Positions 15,074-28,661 of a stretch of DNA of 64,000 bases are shown here, in pieces; positions within the stretch are counted from its first letter, which is position 1; each line of letters opens with the position of its first letter. The position numbers and the translations under genes were made by a program. The stretch is from contig OZ024742.1 of NCBI GenBank assembly GCA_964016885.1, positions 280,798,001-280,862,000 on the forward strand, read 5' to 3'. Source of the stretch: Eledone cirrhosa (lineage: Eukaryota). Below the pieces are notes generated by a model, which did no database searches, was not told the origin of the DNA, and saw only the letters and a list, made by a program, of their open reading frames with translations.

Positions 15074-15115
15074 ATATATATATATAGTTATGTAATAAAC
15101 AACATAAGGTAACTA

Positions 15116-15175
15116 TTCCATTTACCAATGGTTTCTTAAAAGCAAAAAATGTTGATTTCAATCATCAGAATGAAA
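15116..15175 (-). ncRNA. Type I hammerhead ribozyme (family A)
   Basis: TTTCATT-CTGATGA-TTGAAA..TTTTAA-GAAA-CCATTGG-TA-AATGGAA; three stems pair, GUA site. Confidence 0.75.
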
Positions 15176-15270
15176 AAATTCTGGTCTATTTGTTGAATTG
15201 GGTTCTTAAATAATTGTTTTTTTTTAAATTGTTTTTTTAACAATCCAATTCAATAAATAGACCAGGATTT

Positions 15271-15330
15271 TTTCATTCTGATGATTGAAAACAAATTTTT
15301 TTGCTTTTAAGAAACCACTGGTAAATGGAA
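15271..15330 (+). ncRNA. Type I hammerhead ribozyme (family A)
   Basis: TTTCATT-CTGATGA-TTGAAA..TTTTAA-GAAA-CCACTGG-TA-AATGGAA. Confidence 0.75.
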
Positions 15331-15445
15331 TAATTGCCTTATGTTGTTTATTACATAACTATTAAGCTCTGTTACCTACATAGAGCACTCGTTTTTCCTG
15401 GACTTTTCCGACGGAATTACTTCATGTATATATATATATATATAT

Positions 15446-15850
15446 AAAAACAAATAACGAAACGAAATTAAATTTCGTTTCGTTTGTAACTCACTTTTGT
15501 ATGACTGACGCTTAAACAATTAAGTTAAAGATGTACATCCATATATGTATACTGAAATACTAGTATGTATATGAATACACACACGTATACATATGTAGGT
15601 GTAACAAGTTTTTTCACTGGTCACTTTACTGTGAGTGGCCAGCTATTCTGTATGTAAACACACAGACAAACCAGTATGACTCTAAAAACCGGTTTGTCTG
15701 TGTGTTTACATACAGAATAGCTGGCCACTCACAGTAAAGTGACCAGTGAAAAAACTTGGTACACCTACATATGTATACGTGTGTGTATTCATATACATAC
15801 TAGTATTTCAGTATACATATATGGATGTACATCTTTAACTTAATTGTTTA
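15446..15850. repeat. (TA)n-flanked palindrome, 160 bp arms, 18 nt spacer, ~67 nt one-sided tail
   Basis: Arms 15513-15672 and 15691-15850, one mismatch noticed. Confidence 0.93.
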
Positions 15851-15863
15851 TATATATATATAT

Positions 15864-18800
15864 CAAAAGTATCGATGAAGAGATCCTCCTGGAAATCAAC
15901 AATAAGACTGAAGGCCCCGAGGTAGAGAAGATCTCTAAATTACGGAAAGGGGACTGCAACAGAGAAGAACTGAAATCCTTTCAACGCTGGGAAAAAAGTG
16001 CCGCTTGGTTCCTAAACTATGAATCGATTTTTCAAACGGATTACACCTCCAATAACCCGTTCATAAATATAGGAAAACCCATAACCGAACCACACAACAA
16101 CTTCGCAAACCCTCCAGCTACTAACAAAAGAAGAAGGAAGTACCACACCGAAGATGAACTTCCCAACCTCGCTTCTATAAGAAGAAACAAAAACCCTAGA
16201 ACTCATCACCCCCAGAATGACATTTACAACTTTCCCCCTTCAAGGAGACAACATACCAAATCACTCAACTACTACGCGGATGCCTCATCGTCAAACATAG
16301 GGAAAAGATACCACCACCATGATAGATGTAACAACTTCCCCGCTACAAGGGGACATCAAGGTAATTTCCATTTTCTCAACTCTTGCTTCCACAATACACA
16401 ACAAACCCACACCACACGATACATCCAACAACGTAGGCCACCTATAACACCACAATCCAACATGGCACATAGAAACACTCATCCATACTCGCAATACAGG
16501 AACACCCCATTCAATCCACAACCACGACCCCGAACCACATTTTACAACAACAAGGAATATAACAAACACAGGAGACCACTTAACATCAGCAGACAACCCC
16601 TCTAACCCAACAATTCTTTAGACACATCACACAGATACAGGCAAAAAAAATAACACAAGACAGGGAGGAGACACCGAGAGTAATAAAAATTATCAATCTA
16701 ACTAGTGCAGAATCAACACCCTACCTTATCAACTTACCCTCCAAATGTCTTAAATTCACACCGACCCCACTACGTCCTAAATACTATGAAATGAAGGAAG
16801 ACATCACAGACTTCTGTAGAAAGTTACGACTCAGTGAAGAACTATTCGACCAGTACAATGAGGATGAATCATTAGCCAGAAATAGAAGCAACTACACCCC
16901 ATCAAAAAGTAGAAATAAAATCCTGGACGAATTATGTGAATACATCACAAACTTCCCTTACCCACACATGCACAGACAAAAACACAAGCCAAACCTCAAC
17001 AAGAAAGAATGGGAAGAATTAAATAGATTAAAAACCGACAGAACTATTACAATTAAAGAGGCTGATAAAGGGAGTACAGTAGTCCTAATGGAGACATAAT
17101 TCTATATCAACTTAGCGCTCTCCACTTTGCAAAACGAAACATACTACGAAAAGGCTGAACACTACAATCAACAGAAAATTATGAGAAACCTAAAAACTCT
17201 GATCAACCAATACAAAGAAGGACTCACTAACAAGGAATTCAGCTTCCTCACAGACTTCACAAGTAAATCCAGCCTTTTCTACGGTATCCCTAAAGTACAT
17301 AAGGAAGCCACAGACATAGTCATCAATGTCCCCTCACCCAATAATCTCAAATTAAGACCTATAATAGCAGGCCCCGCTTGCGAAACCCACCGCCTTAGCA
17401 ACTTCATTGATACCCTTCTTAAGCCTTTTCTCAAACACATCAAAAGCTATATTAGGGACGACCTAGATATGCTCAATCACCTCCCTAATATGCCCCTTTC
17501 TGAACAAACCCTACTAGTGACGTTCGATGTAGTCAACCTATACTCCAACATCCCCCACAACCTAGGAATAGAAGCTATCCAATTCTGGTTGGATAATTAC
17601 CACAATGAACTCCCACAACGCATCAAAAATAATTCGTGATAGAGAGACTCAAATTTATCTTGGAGAACAATTACTTCGTTTTCAATAACAAATCCTACAG
17701 GCAGAAATATGGGACCGCTATGGGAGCGAAAACAGCCCCCACGTATGCCAACATCGTCATGGGATACCTGGAAATCACCATCTTCACTAAAGTACTAAAC
17801 AAATTTGGAAACACTCTCCACTTACACATAGAAAAGAACTGGAAGCGATATCTCGATGAGTGCTTCATCCTTTGGCACGAAAACATCGAGAATTTCACAC
17901 CCTTATAACTGGGCTCAACACGAATATTAACTTTACGATGGTATACAGCCATCAACAACTCCCCTTCCTCGACATCTTCATTAAGTTTCATAACAAAAAA
18001 ATAGAAACAGACATATATACAAGCCCTCAGACTACAAGAAGTATCTTCCTCTCAACTCTTGCCACCCTAGACACGTTAAAATTAATATTCCCTACAACTT
18101 AGCCAAGAGAATCTGTACTATAGTATCCAATTAAAACACCTGTTACTTACAGCTACAAGAACTAAAGGACACTCATAGGCAGGGACTGCCCTGCATCACT
18201 AATTTACAATGGAATCCAACGTGCCCTAAAACTCAGTACCCAGGACCTTAGACACCCTAAAGTAAATCAACTTAAACTAAAAGCTCTTCCATACATCTCC
18301 ACACAAAACACCCTCAACAATGAGGCCTTTGAAACCATCCTCCATAACATTCCTGTGTTAAAAAAGGACCATAGAATGAACCAAATCCTTCGAACACACG
18401 ATATCATAAAGAGCAAAAGACAATCTAAGTCGATGAAAAACATCCGAACACATGCCAAAGTACTGCCAACCACAACAACGAAACCCACAGTAAAAAAATG
18501 CGATAGACCCAACTGTGGCATATGCATCAACCTAATAGAGGGTTCGGAATTATATTTCAAAGGACAACGTTTTATAGTAAAACACAATTTCACATGCGCA
18601 TCAGAAAATCTAATATATGTATTAACTTGCTCAGGTTGTCGAGAACAATACATAGGCCAGACTAAAAACAGCCTCCGCCAACGCGTGACTGTCCATAGAT
18701 CCCAAATTAAAATACGGGAATACAGAAAAATACCACTGAGTGAACACATTGATACCTGTGCCGATCCAAATCATCCCAACTTTAGAATCTTTCCCCTCTG

Positions 18801-20193
18801 CAAATTTAAAGATAATTCCACCCACACCCAGCGCATCAGCAAGGAATCTCACTTTATAAACAAATACAGACCCCGTCTAAACACTTCTCCCTAAGACGAA
18901 CCCACAACATACATACCTACATCAGCATACATCCTAAATACATCTCTATCCACATATAAACACAATGACACGTAAACACACATGTTCTATGGTGCAACAC
19001 AAATATACACAAATTTGCATACCTTTTGATGTCTATAGATATAAACGTGGCGACACACACACATACATATACGCACACATGCATTGCACACTGATGGGCA
19101 CGGGCATATTTGTACACAAGTATTCCAATACGGCCAGGCCTAATGGATTACCCTTGCAGTACGTACAATATGGACACTCACACACACCTTGGTGTTATGA
19201 CAATACTATACATCATTTCACCTCTTTTATTATTAATGTTTTTGATGTTCTTTTCAGAGAATCGTTTTTGCAAATTACTTTAAATATCGAATAATGTATA
19301 CCATTTTTACCAGTATCACAAAAATACTGGACCATCTACACACACATACACACATATACACACACAAGCATATACACACACACATACACATGCGTACACT
19401 AACGTACAAACAGACATACACACACACACACACACACTTCTCCGTATAAGACAAGAGCTGAAAAATATCTTTTAAGATGTTAAAATATCCCCCACACACG
19501 TACAGACACATTCCTACTGACTGAATCCCTGTACAACGAACCACTCTGCTACACACACATAAGCACACACACATACACATATTTGTTTTAATCGACTCCT
19601 GAACTGTTGACCTTTCAACATGACTGCAATTCACACACACATCCCTACTGACGATTATCACAACAATGAACCTCTTTACTACACACACACACACATATTT
19701 GTCTTAAAAGACTTATTTTTCAGTGACTTCTCAATCAGGCGAAAAAGGACACTCTTCGACAAACCTACATTTGGCGCAAAATCAATTTTAAATATTCACA
19801 TGATCTCTACCGACCAATCAAATTTGTATTGACCGCAAGAATTTTTGCAACACGAATTGGCTCGAAATTTATAGTACTCATTCACGTGACATTCAACAAC
19901 CAACCAAATCTTAATACCTCTGGAGCCACTTTTTTCACATAAAACAGAAAGAATTTCCAAAACTGATCAGATTAGAGCAAACATTCCGACCGCTGTATCT
20001 CCAAATTATTTTTGAAAAGCATTAGAAATGCGCAACCGGTAAGAAGTTAAAACCAAAACTCAATACTAACCAATACTTATTACTAATGTATACTTATTCA
20101 TACTTAAACTATTTTTCACTGGGAACAATTTCTCAGCATGTTCTTTTCCTTTTACTAATATATCATAACTCGTGTGTTACACCTCTATTCTTT

Positions 20194-20196
<3 letters not shown>
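15864..20196 (+). mobile_element. Near full-length decayed Neptune-type PLE
   Basis: Broken RT-EN ORF, long CA-rich 3' region shared with 48750-49590, (TA)n at both ends. Confidence 0.88.
16791..18894 (+). pseudogene. PLE reverse transcriptase, Zn-finger linker and GIY-YIG endonuclease, multiple stops and frameshifts
   Basis: IKEADKGSTVV, FYGIPKVHK, LRPIIAG, FDVVNLYSNIPH, GTAMGAKTAPTYAN, WKRYLDE, LPFLD, CDRPNCGIC, NLIYVLTCSGCREQYIGQT. Confidence 0.93.
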
Positions 20197-20250
<54 letters not shown>

Positions 20251-20513
20251 CGGCGATGAATTAGTTTTGCGAGGTTTTTTATATGAAATCGTGTGTCGAA
20301 ACAAATATTGTTATACTTGGGGAGGGTCATATTTGTGTAATATTGCCAGAATTAATAACAGAACACACTCACTGTTTGGTTGGTTTTTCGCTTTTCGCTT
20401 CTGTGTCTTTTATATCGGTAATCTAACTTACTCGGTCCTCAATGTTGCCATTGACTGACCGACGGTCAAAAATAATACAAATACAATATAGACACAAACA
20501 CATATATATAGTT

Positions 20514-20557
20514 TATCATAAATCTTTCGTTGCACATCTGCAACATCGTCAGTGGTG
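20514..20557 (-). ncRNA. Hammerhead in PLE 3' region, stem I decayed
   Basis: CTGACGA-T-GTTGCA-gatg-TGCAAC-GAAA-GATT-TA. Confidence 0.55.
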
Positions 20558-21418
20558 CTATTTGTTTCCTCCCGTTGCATTGTATGTCTACGCCATTTTT
20601 ATTCAATCTGCCTATATATTTATTTATTTATTTATTTGCTTGTTTGTTTATTTTATTTTGTCTTCTTTGCGCATGCGTTTGCGTGTGTGTATAGTGTTTT
20701 GTTTGATGTGTGATGGGTGACTAGTGTGTGTTTATGTGTTTGTTGTTATTGTGCTTGTGTATGTATTTATTTATTTATTTATTTTATATTATTTACATAT
20801 TTATACTTCTCTGAGGTCAGTGTTGTTGTTATTCCATTCATTCTCTCTGTTTAGTCTTGGTCTTCTAAGTTCTATTTCACTGGCCTCTCTCTGATTTGCC
20901 TATCTGCTGGGTCATTTCTATGTTTAGATATTATTCTAATTGCTATGTTGTCTATGTTACCGTCATGTTGTTGTCGAGCATGTTCGTATAGAACTGACCC
21001 GTTTTTTCGTCCTTTTAGTTCCCCCCTGTGTTGGTCTATCATTTCACCTATGCTACGAGTTGTCTCACCTTTGTATGTTGTTGTCATGTTTCTGCAAGTA
21101 CCCTCTATACATCTTATGCTATAGACTACGTTTCTAGTTTTACAGTTTATCCGGGGGTTTTCCTTAAATATGATACATGTCCTATTGGTACAGTGGGTTT
21201 TCTTAAAAGGGTAGGTTTTGCTGATGATGTGGACTGACATCCTAAAGCCAAGCAGACGCACTGCCAACAACTTCCAGGCGTCCAACAATGGCATACCGCC
21301 CTTGTAAGGGCTCCGCAAAGACCACAAGACAGTCGACGACCCGACAACAGGACCACCAACAAGACTCGTATGCGGAGCTAATATAGCTAGTAACTACAGG
21401 ATCTTCTACTTCCTCTCA

Positions 21419-23119
21419 ATGGTTATACGCCCCATAATCAAGATGTCCCCAGATGTATGTGACAGTACAGAGGACCTCCTCAGCAGAATCAGTGAGTGCA
21501 ACAAAAACAGGAACCTATCGAACAGCATAATAGGCAGCAGGGATGTAGTGTCACTGTACCCATCCATTAACATTGATTTTGGTGTGAAAAAATGTGTGGA
21601 GATGATCATTGCGAGTGAGGTGGAGTTCTGCGACGTCGACACAGACGAACTGGGCCTCCTACTTAGACTTACCTACGACACTGACTACCTAGACAGCCAT
21701 GACCTTAGACGTTTCTGCCCTAGTAGACCCATAAGACCCCTCACCATAACCTCAATGGCAAAAAAGACTCCCATGGGAAGGTGGATTGGGTGGACCAAAG
21801 CTATACGGATCCCCCAAAACAATAATCAGGTAAGAAAAATGGTCGCACATGCAATAGGGGCTAGTATCACAACTACCCTAAAGGGCCACATATTTAAGTT
21901 CAACGAGAAAATCTACAGCCAAAATGAGGGAGCAGCCATTGGCGTCAGCATAGCTGGTGATGCTGCCAACCTTTTGATGGTATGGTGGGAAAGAAGACTT
22001 AAATATCTCCTTAATGAGAGCTCCATAGACCTCATCATGTACTCTCGTTATGTAGACGATATCAATATAGTTATAAGAACATCCCCACTAGAGAGCACTA
22101 ACAAGTTTGATTTAGAACGTAGCACAATGGAAAGCATCCAGCAGATAGCTAATTCCATACACCAGAGTATAACTGTAACTATCGACTTCCCTTCCAAACA
22201 CCCTAACAATAGACTACTTGTATTAGACACAGAACTCTGGATTAACACTATAGACGAGAGAGCCCAAATTCTCCACTCACACTATGCTAAACCCATGGCC
22301 TCCAAATGCCTGATACTCAAAAACTCAGCAATGTCCAGTAGTGCTAATTTTAATATTCTGATCGCAGATTTGGTACGAGTGATGAAGAATGTGTCCCGTA
22401 TGTGCGACCCAACAGAAATTGAAAAACACATCCAACACTTCATCAACCGCATGCAGTTCTCTGGCTACAACCAAAGAGACAGAGTCAGAGTATACGAAGG
22501 AGCCATGGAGAAGTATAAGACCCTCATAGAACTGGACATGACAGGAATTTGCCCATTATACAGGAGCAAATCATGGAATAGCTTAGATAGGGCTAGACAT
22601 AAGATAGGGAAAGCCTCCTCATGGTACGACAACCAGAGATACAAGAGTATCATGTTTGTGGATGCTACCCCTGGAGGGAAATTAGCTAACCAGTGTAGAA
22701 AGGCCCTGAGAATAACCCACTTAAAAATTAAGGTGGTAGAAAAGCCAGGAACCATCATAAAATCCCTGATCAGCAAAACCTACACTTTTAAGAAAACCCA
22801 CTGTACCAATAGGAAATGTATCATATGTAAGGTAAACCCCCGGATAAACTGTAAAACTAGAAACGTAGTCTATAGCATGAGATGTACAGAGGGTACTTGC
22901 AGAAACATGACAACAACATACATAGGTGAGAGAGCTCGTAGCATAGGTGAAAGTATAGACCAACACTGGGGGGAACTAAAAGGACGAAAAAACGGGTCAG
23001 TACTATTCAAACATGCTAGACAACAACATGACGGTAACATAGACAACATGACATTAGAAAAATATCTAAACATAGAAATGACCCAGCAGATAGGCAAATC
23101 AGAGAGGCCAGTGAAATAG
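21419..23119 (+). pseudogene. PLE RT plus GIY-YIG ORF (566 aa open stretch, truncated; upstream stop and 3' frameshift)
   Basis: DVVSLYPSI, QNEGAAIG, YSRYVDD, LLVLDTELW, CTNRKCIIC, CKTRNVVY...YIGERARS. Confidence 0.92.
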
Positions 23120-23419
23120 AATTTAGAAGACCAAGACTAAACAGAAAGAATGAATAGAAAAACAACAACACCCAAACAAACAACACTGACCTAAGAGAAG
23201 TATAAATAAGTAAATAAAATAAAATAAATAAATAAATACATACACAAGCACCATAACAACAAACATTTTTGACCGTCGGTCAGTCAGTGGCAACATTGAG
23301 GGCCGAGTAACTTAGATTACCGATATAAAAGACACAGAAGCGAAAAGCGAAAACCAACCAAACTGAGTGTGTTCTGTTATTAATTCTGGCAATATTACAC
23401 AAATATGACCCTCCCCAAG

Positions 23420-23482
<63 letters not shown>

Positions 23483-23597
23483 CTAGGACTGGTTGCATCG
23501 CAGCGTACTGGATAGGTAATGATAAAAGAAACCTCCCAGACGATACACATAGTTAATCGTTTCGATACAGCGCACGCGAACGGGTACCCACAATTAC

Positions 23598-23645
<48 letters not shown>

Positions 23646-23651
<6 letters not shown>

Positions 23652-24538
23652 TGAAAATAGACCGAGAAACAGGAAATGTCCATCATCAGTAGCCTGCTGA
23701 TTATCATTGGTATTTCTTCGCATTAAAGACTAGATACCTAAAATCAGTGCGATCGATAACTAAATAAAATTATCGGGACAGAGGAAAGTAACAAACAACA
23801 TGGTGGTAATGCAACGTAAAGAGAGGAAAAGAGAGACATGTCAATGAAGGTGTGGTCTGACAAATCAAATGAGTAGAAGAAACAGACACCTCCGAGCCAC
23901 GAAAATGTGAGAGGAAAGAATTTCACGCAGGTCAGACGGAAGGATTAGCAGAGAGTGAGTGAAAGTGTGATGAAGGGGCCAGCCGAGAGTGTGTGACCAG
24001 CAGCGGGGCTGGAAGAGAGCAAGAGTTAAAGGGGAGAGAAGGGGGAGAGCAGTAACGTGACAGATAAAAAAACGACATTGAAGGGAAAAATATATGTGAA
24101 TGAAAAATGGCGTGCTGCGTTGTTGCTAATATGAACATATGAATGAATATAGACCGAGAAACAGGAAATGTCCATCATCAGTAACCTGCTGTTTATCATT
24201 GGTATTTCTTTGCATTAAAGACTAGATACCTAAAATCTCGTGGCTCGGACGTGTCTTTTTCTTCTCGTCATTTGATTTGACGGATTTAACCCCACAGATT
24301 CATTGACTTGTCTCTCTTTTCCTCTCTTTACGTTGCGTTACCACCATGTTGTTTGTTACTTTCCTCTGTCCCGATAACTTTATTTAGTTATCGTTCGCAC
24401 TGATTTTAGGTATCTAGTATTTAATGCGAAGAAATACCAATGATAATCAGCAGGCTACTGATGATGGACATTTCCTGTTTCTCGGTCTAATTTCATTCAT
24501 ATGTTCATATTCGCAACCACGCAGCACGCCATTTTTCA

Positions 24539-24541
<3 letters not shown>
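23646..24541. mobile_element. Non-coding (TA)n-flanked element: ~490 bp monomer, partial tandem copy and ~200 bp inverted arm with tail
   Basis: 23646-23745 repeats directly at about 24138-24237; 23646-23848 is mirrored at about 24299-24500. Confidence 0.85.
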
Positions 24542-24597
<56 letters not shown>

Positions 24598-24827
24598 GTG
24601 AGCTTTTCTTTACAGAATGAAAAATAACCGAGGTGTCCTACACGAGTAAAAGTATAAAGAAAAAAAGATCAAATCGAAAATGCAACTGGAGTCTTATTTA
24701 AAAAAATATATATATATTTATTTGGTTCCTTTACCGGTTTAGCAGTTCTTCTGCTTTTCAAAAGTACAGTTGAGATGGAGGGTCTGTGGTTTTTCTCACA
24801 CATATATATATGTATATATATATGTTT

Positions 24828-25010
24828 ATCTCGGGTTCAAGTAGGGTTAACCACAATAAGTAAGGTACTCAATACATAGCAGAGTATAAATATTTAATAT
24901 AGAAGTCGCTTCTACAGGACTAGAATTGTTTCATTCGGGAGAAATCATCAAAGCCACCTAATGATTTCTACCAAATGAAACATTTGTAGTCCTGCAGAAG
25001 CCATTTCTAT

Positions 25011-25018
<8 letters not shown>
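24828..25018. repeat. Short imperfect hairpin (~60 bp arms) with tail, TA-flanked
   Basis: AATATAGAAGTCGCTTCTACAGGACTAGAATTGTTTCATT mirrored by AATGAAACATTTGTAGTCCTGCAGAAGCCATTTCTATATT. Confidence 0.75.
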
Positions 25019-25076
<58 letters not shown>

Positions 25077-25080
<4 letters not shown>

Positions 25081-25738
25081 AATATAAATTAGCGACAATC
25101 GTATTTCGGCTACTATTGGAAATTAGTGAAAAACAACTTCCGAGATGTGTGGCAAGCGCTCCATAGAACTAGTTAACTACAGTAACAACATAAGTTTAAA
25201 GGCCAAACACACTGAGACGATGGTTAAATCATTCTCCGCACAGCCATAGAAACGACCAAGTAATTCGGGTCAATCAAATAAAATATGATTGAAAATTATA
25301 CCCGGACCCCTGGAAGGTTGGTAATATCCAGCATTGGATTTCTGCAACTCCTAAATCAAGTACTGTCTTCTTAGACAAATAATGTTAAGCTTTTGGTATG
25401 ATGATCGAACAGGGAAGTCACTTTCTCAACAGGCTTTTAGTTCAGTGCCAAGCCAAGGACTGGCCGTTATCAAAACCCACGTGGGGCTTGACAAGGGGGG
25501 GGGGCAACCCTTAGTTTTGGCGGATGAATTCAGTATGTGTGTTATTGCAAAATTGCAAAATATCACAAAACGAATTAAGCTTTCAACAGAATGGTTTTAA
25601 AATTAACAAGAACTATTAATCAGTCAATAGAATTAACAAAAAAAATCAAGAAAATTAACTGGTCAATAGCTAGGCTCTGGAGATTAATACAAATATAAAT
25701 TAGCGAGAATCGTATTTCGGCTATTGAAAATTACCGAA
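25077..25738. repeat. TA-flanked segment with ~45 bp terminal direct repeat
   Basis: TACAAATATAAATTAGCGA(C/G)AATCGTATTTCGGCTA at 25077 and 25688. Confidence 0.7.
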
Positions 25739-25777
25739 TATATATATGTATATATATATATATAGAGAGAGAGAGAA

Positions 25778-27360
25778 CTGGTTACACAACAGTTAGTTCA
25801 CCATACCGAGAACAATTGTTTCACATTCACGGATCTTCAGCTAAGGATGTGTATGGTTATAGGAACAGGAAGGACAACCGTACGAACCCGCATGCGCAGA
25901 AACTCGGTCACTTCACACAGGCAATACTAGACTGCGTGCGGGAGGTGTAAGGGAGATAACTGCGAAAGTCCGGAAAGTTTTTAGGTTGAAAATAAAATTA
26001 ATAAAATTAAAAATAAAATTACATAGAATTAGTCCGGGGCCCATGTAGTTATGTAATAGATGTTTGGTGACGTGTGGACAACGTGTGAAAAATTCACTTC
26101 TCGTGTTTAGGCAATCACTATTGCGTAATCTCTTTAGGATAGTTATTTGTTTGTCAATACATAAACCACACGTCGTATTTCCCCTTGCGTATGGCTTGGA
26201 CTTAGTGATGGCTTTCCATTGAATGGAGTTGCCTATACTTGAGTCCTTGAGGAACCATACGTGGCTCGCGACTTTCGTGGATGAACGATTGTCCGGGTAT
26301 CTGAAGGTAGACTGGTGGTTCAGGAAATACTCCTTGAATCGGCCCTCCGCCTTGCCCACATAGGATTTGACCTCCTGTGGTTCGTTTGGTTGGTTGGAAG
26401 TGACCACAGCTTCATAGATTACAGCTGGTGTGTTGCATTGCTGTTGAAGGGGGAAAGCTTCAGGCTTACGGGAAGAGCACCCTGGTGGGGTGTTGCTCCT
26501 AGGGCTGCTGGTGATGTGGGTCTTCATGTTCTTAGCGCAGGAGTATCCTAGTTTAACTTTGTGTCGGTTAAAGATGGAGCGGTATTTATTACCTATGGGG
26601 AAGTGTCTATCTAAGAGGGCTAGATTTGTTTTTCATACATTGGTTTTAACGTTGAATGAGCAGGGAGGAGAGAACCAGATAGTTTGTCCATTGATGCGCT
26701 TACTTTTCTTAATGGTGTTGTTGCTAGTGGGAGAGTAGGTGATAGGTTGTGAGAAGCCGTTGTTAGCCAACGCCGTCTTATAGTTGAGTGCCGTCCTGTC
26801 AAAGATAGCCTTATTAGAGGAGAGGTTTGAGATTCTAGTACTGATATTCTTAACGAAGTTTCTATAAATATTGGGAGGGTGGCATGAGTCCTTGTGAATG
26901 TGATTAAGTTTCTCGTTTAGCTTATGGAAGGGTCTGTGTGTGTGTGTGCGAAGGTCTAAATTAATGTCTAAGAAATCTACGCTAGAGTGGTTGGTGGCTA
27001 CTGTTATCCTTAGGCCTAACTCATTGAAGGTAGAAGCTAAGTCTTTTTTAAACCGGTCGAGGTCGTGACCACTTTTATGGCTCGATAAAATCAGTCCATC
27101 GTCACTGTATATTCCCGTGTGGAAGTCCGGGAATCTAACACGTAATATGTCTAAGATAAAAAGGCCAACCAAGTCACATACGTCAGCACTGTCAAACGAT
27201 CCCATAGAGACGTCAAATAGGTCTGAAGATAAAGACTTCTTTGCCCAGGCTACCCCGTCGTTGAAGAGAGGGTACAAACAATTGTTCTCGGTATGGTGAA
27301 CTAACTCGTCCCTTGGACTGAGTGGTCTACCACTACGGATATTACCTTCCAGTGTTCCAG

Positions 27361-27362
<2 letters not shown>
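25778..27362 (-). mobile_element. 5'-truncated Hydra-type PLE (RT C-half plus GIY-YIG) with 31 bp inverted arm and tail
   Basis: MGSFDSADVCDLVGL, GIYSDDGL, VDFLDINLDL, WFSPP, VIYEAVV...SYVGKAEGRFK; about 25791-25821 mirrored at 27276-27306, then ~55 nt tail and (TA)n. Confidence 0.9.
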
Positions 27363-27415
<53 letters not shown>

Positions 27416-27844
27416 TACATACACTTACAAAGAGTGGGGGAGAATGAAAGAGAGGCGGAGAGATAGATTGATAAATAGATAGAGAGATGGACAGATGGAC
27501 AGATGGAAGGAAATATAAGTTAGATATATTGAAATTTAAATAGATGCCTGTATATATACTCAGATAAATACAATTTAGCGAGAACTCCAGGTGGCTATAA
27601 TATTATACAAGACTTAAAAACAGACATACTTTTAATTTCCCTTTATCACACAAACCCTCCCAGACATACTTAAACACACCCGTCCAATGCACCTATATAT
27701 ATACATGTGGGTGTGTCTATTGAGACTTACATAAAGAACCGTAGATAATACACGTACACACGTACATCGACATGTAGGATGTATGTATGTATACATACGC
27801 ATGTACATACATCCGTCTTCCAAATTCTTGCCAAAGCCACTAAT

Positions 27845-28250
27845 TCTTCTTCTTCTTCTTCTTCTTCTTCTTCTTCTTCTTCTTCTTCTTCTTCTTCTTC
27901 TTCTTCTTCTTCTTTGCCCAATTATGTCTGAGTCCTCAAACACCTCTTCCGATGGGTCCTGTCAGAAGCAACCGTCTACAAGCGATCCAGCTGGATCCCC
28001 AAGTTAGACAAGCCGAAATGATGGATGTTACCAAATCAGCTTTCTCGGGTTCTACTCTTAGTTGGCCTGCCGTTTGATTCTGCTCTTAAAATCTGATTTA
28101 TGACCATAAGCTTGTGTTGGCACGAATACCAAATTCAACATAGCGAGTTTGACTTTTACACATAGTTCTCCTGTTTACCGAATGCTGAAGCTGGTGCACA
28201 AATGCGCCAGCTTCAGAATTATTGCAATTATTATTTATTTTATTTATGTA
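27845..28250 (-). mobile_element. Probable LINE 3' end with (AAG)n tail
   Basis: (CTT)n at 27845-27913; minus strand gives GRPTKSRTRES..FGNI and VASDRTHRK, like LINE ORF2 C-termini. Confidence 0.45.
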
Positions 28251-28661
28251 ATTATTGCATAAATAAAATAAATTACCTGTATAGTGCACTTAATTAGCAT
28301 AATTGTTAAAACGTCGCATGCATGTGCGTGCGCTTATATAACACAACACTACATCTTCTTATGTAAACATGCCATGCTCAATCAAAGACTGTTATTTTTT
28401 TAATCCAATTTTATATAATTTTATGCACATTCGGAAATATATATATATATTTACACACGTTTTTTGATAAGTCGATACTATTGCATCATTCTCTAATCAT
28501 GATATAATTAATCAATAAATCAAAAACATCTAAGGAGTTACATTCTAGTAGTCGTGGGAGATGCTAACTATGCAATTTGAAGGATTTTTATCTATAAGGC
28601 ATCATTTAAACATATCTCTCCGTTGCGAACTCTAGTCGACCCAGTTGATTCCCCTATACAC

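Larger units (their letters stand above)
15085..15425. mobile_element. (TA)n-flanked fold-back element with a hammerhead in each arm and a ~64 nt tail
   Basis: Arms about 15085-15205 and 15235-15361; same family as 38584-40455. Confidence 0.85.
20250..23423 (+). mobile_element. 5'-truncated PLE with ~970 bp inverted arm carrying a ~62 nt tail
   Basis: 20312-21225 mirrors about 22768-23423 (right arm lacks about 260 bp); inversion junction near 21222; (TA)n on both sides. Confidence 0.92.

Noticed and set aside
16791-18894. Selenocysteine recoding as in some Naiad PLEs
   Set aside because: The EN is C-terminal and the breaks are mixed TAA stops and frameshifts, consistent with decay.
21419-23119. 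Intact host gene or telomerase
   Set aside because: It has a C-terminal GIY-YIG, an in-frame stop upstream, a 3' frameshift relative to the inverted copy, and PLE-type termini.
24455-24490. Hammerhead at CTGATGA
   Set aside because: No downstream GAAA with a pairable stem II.
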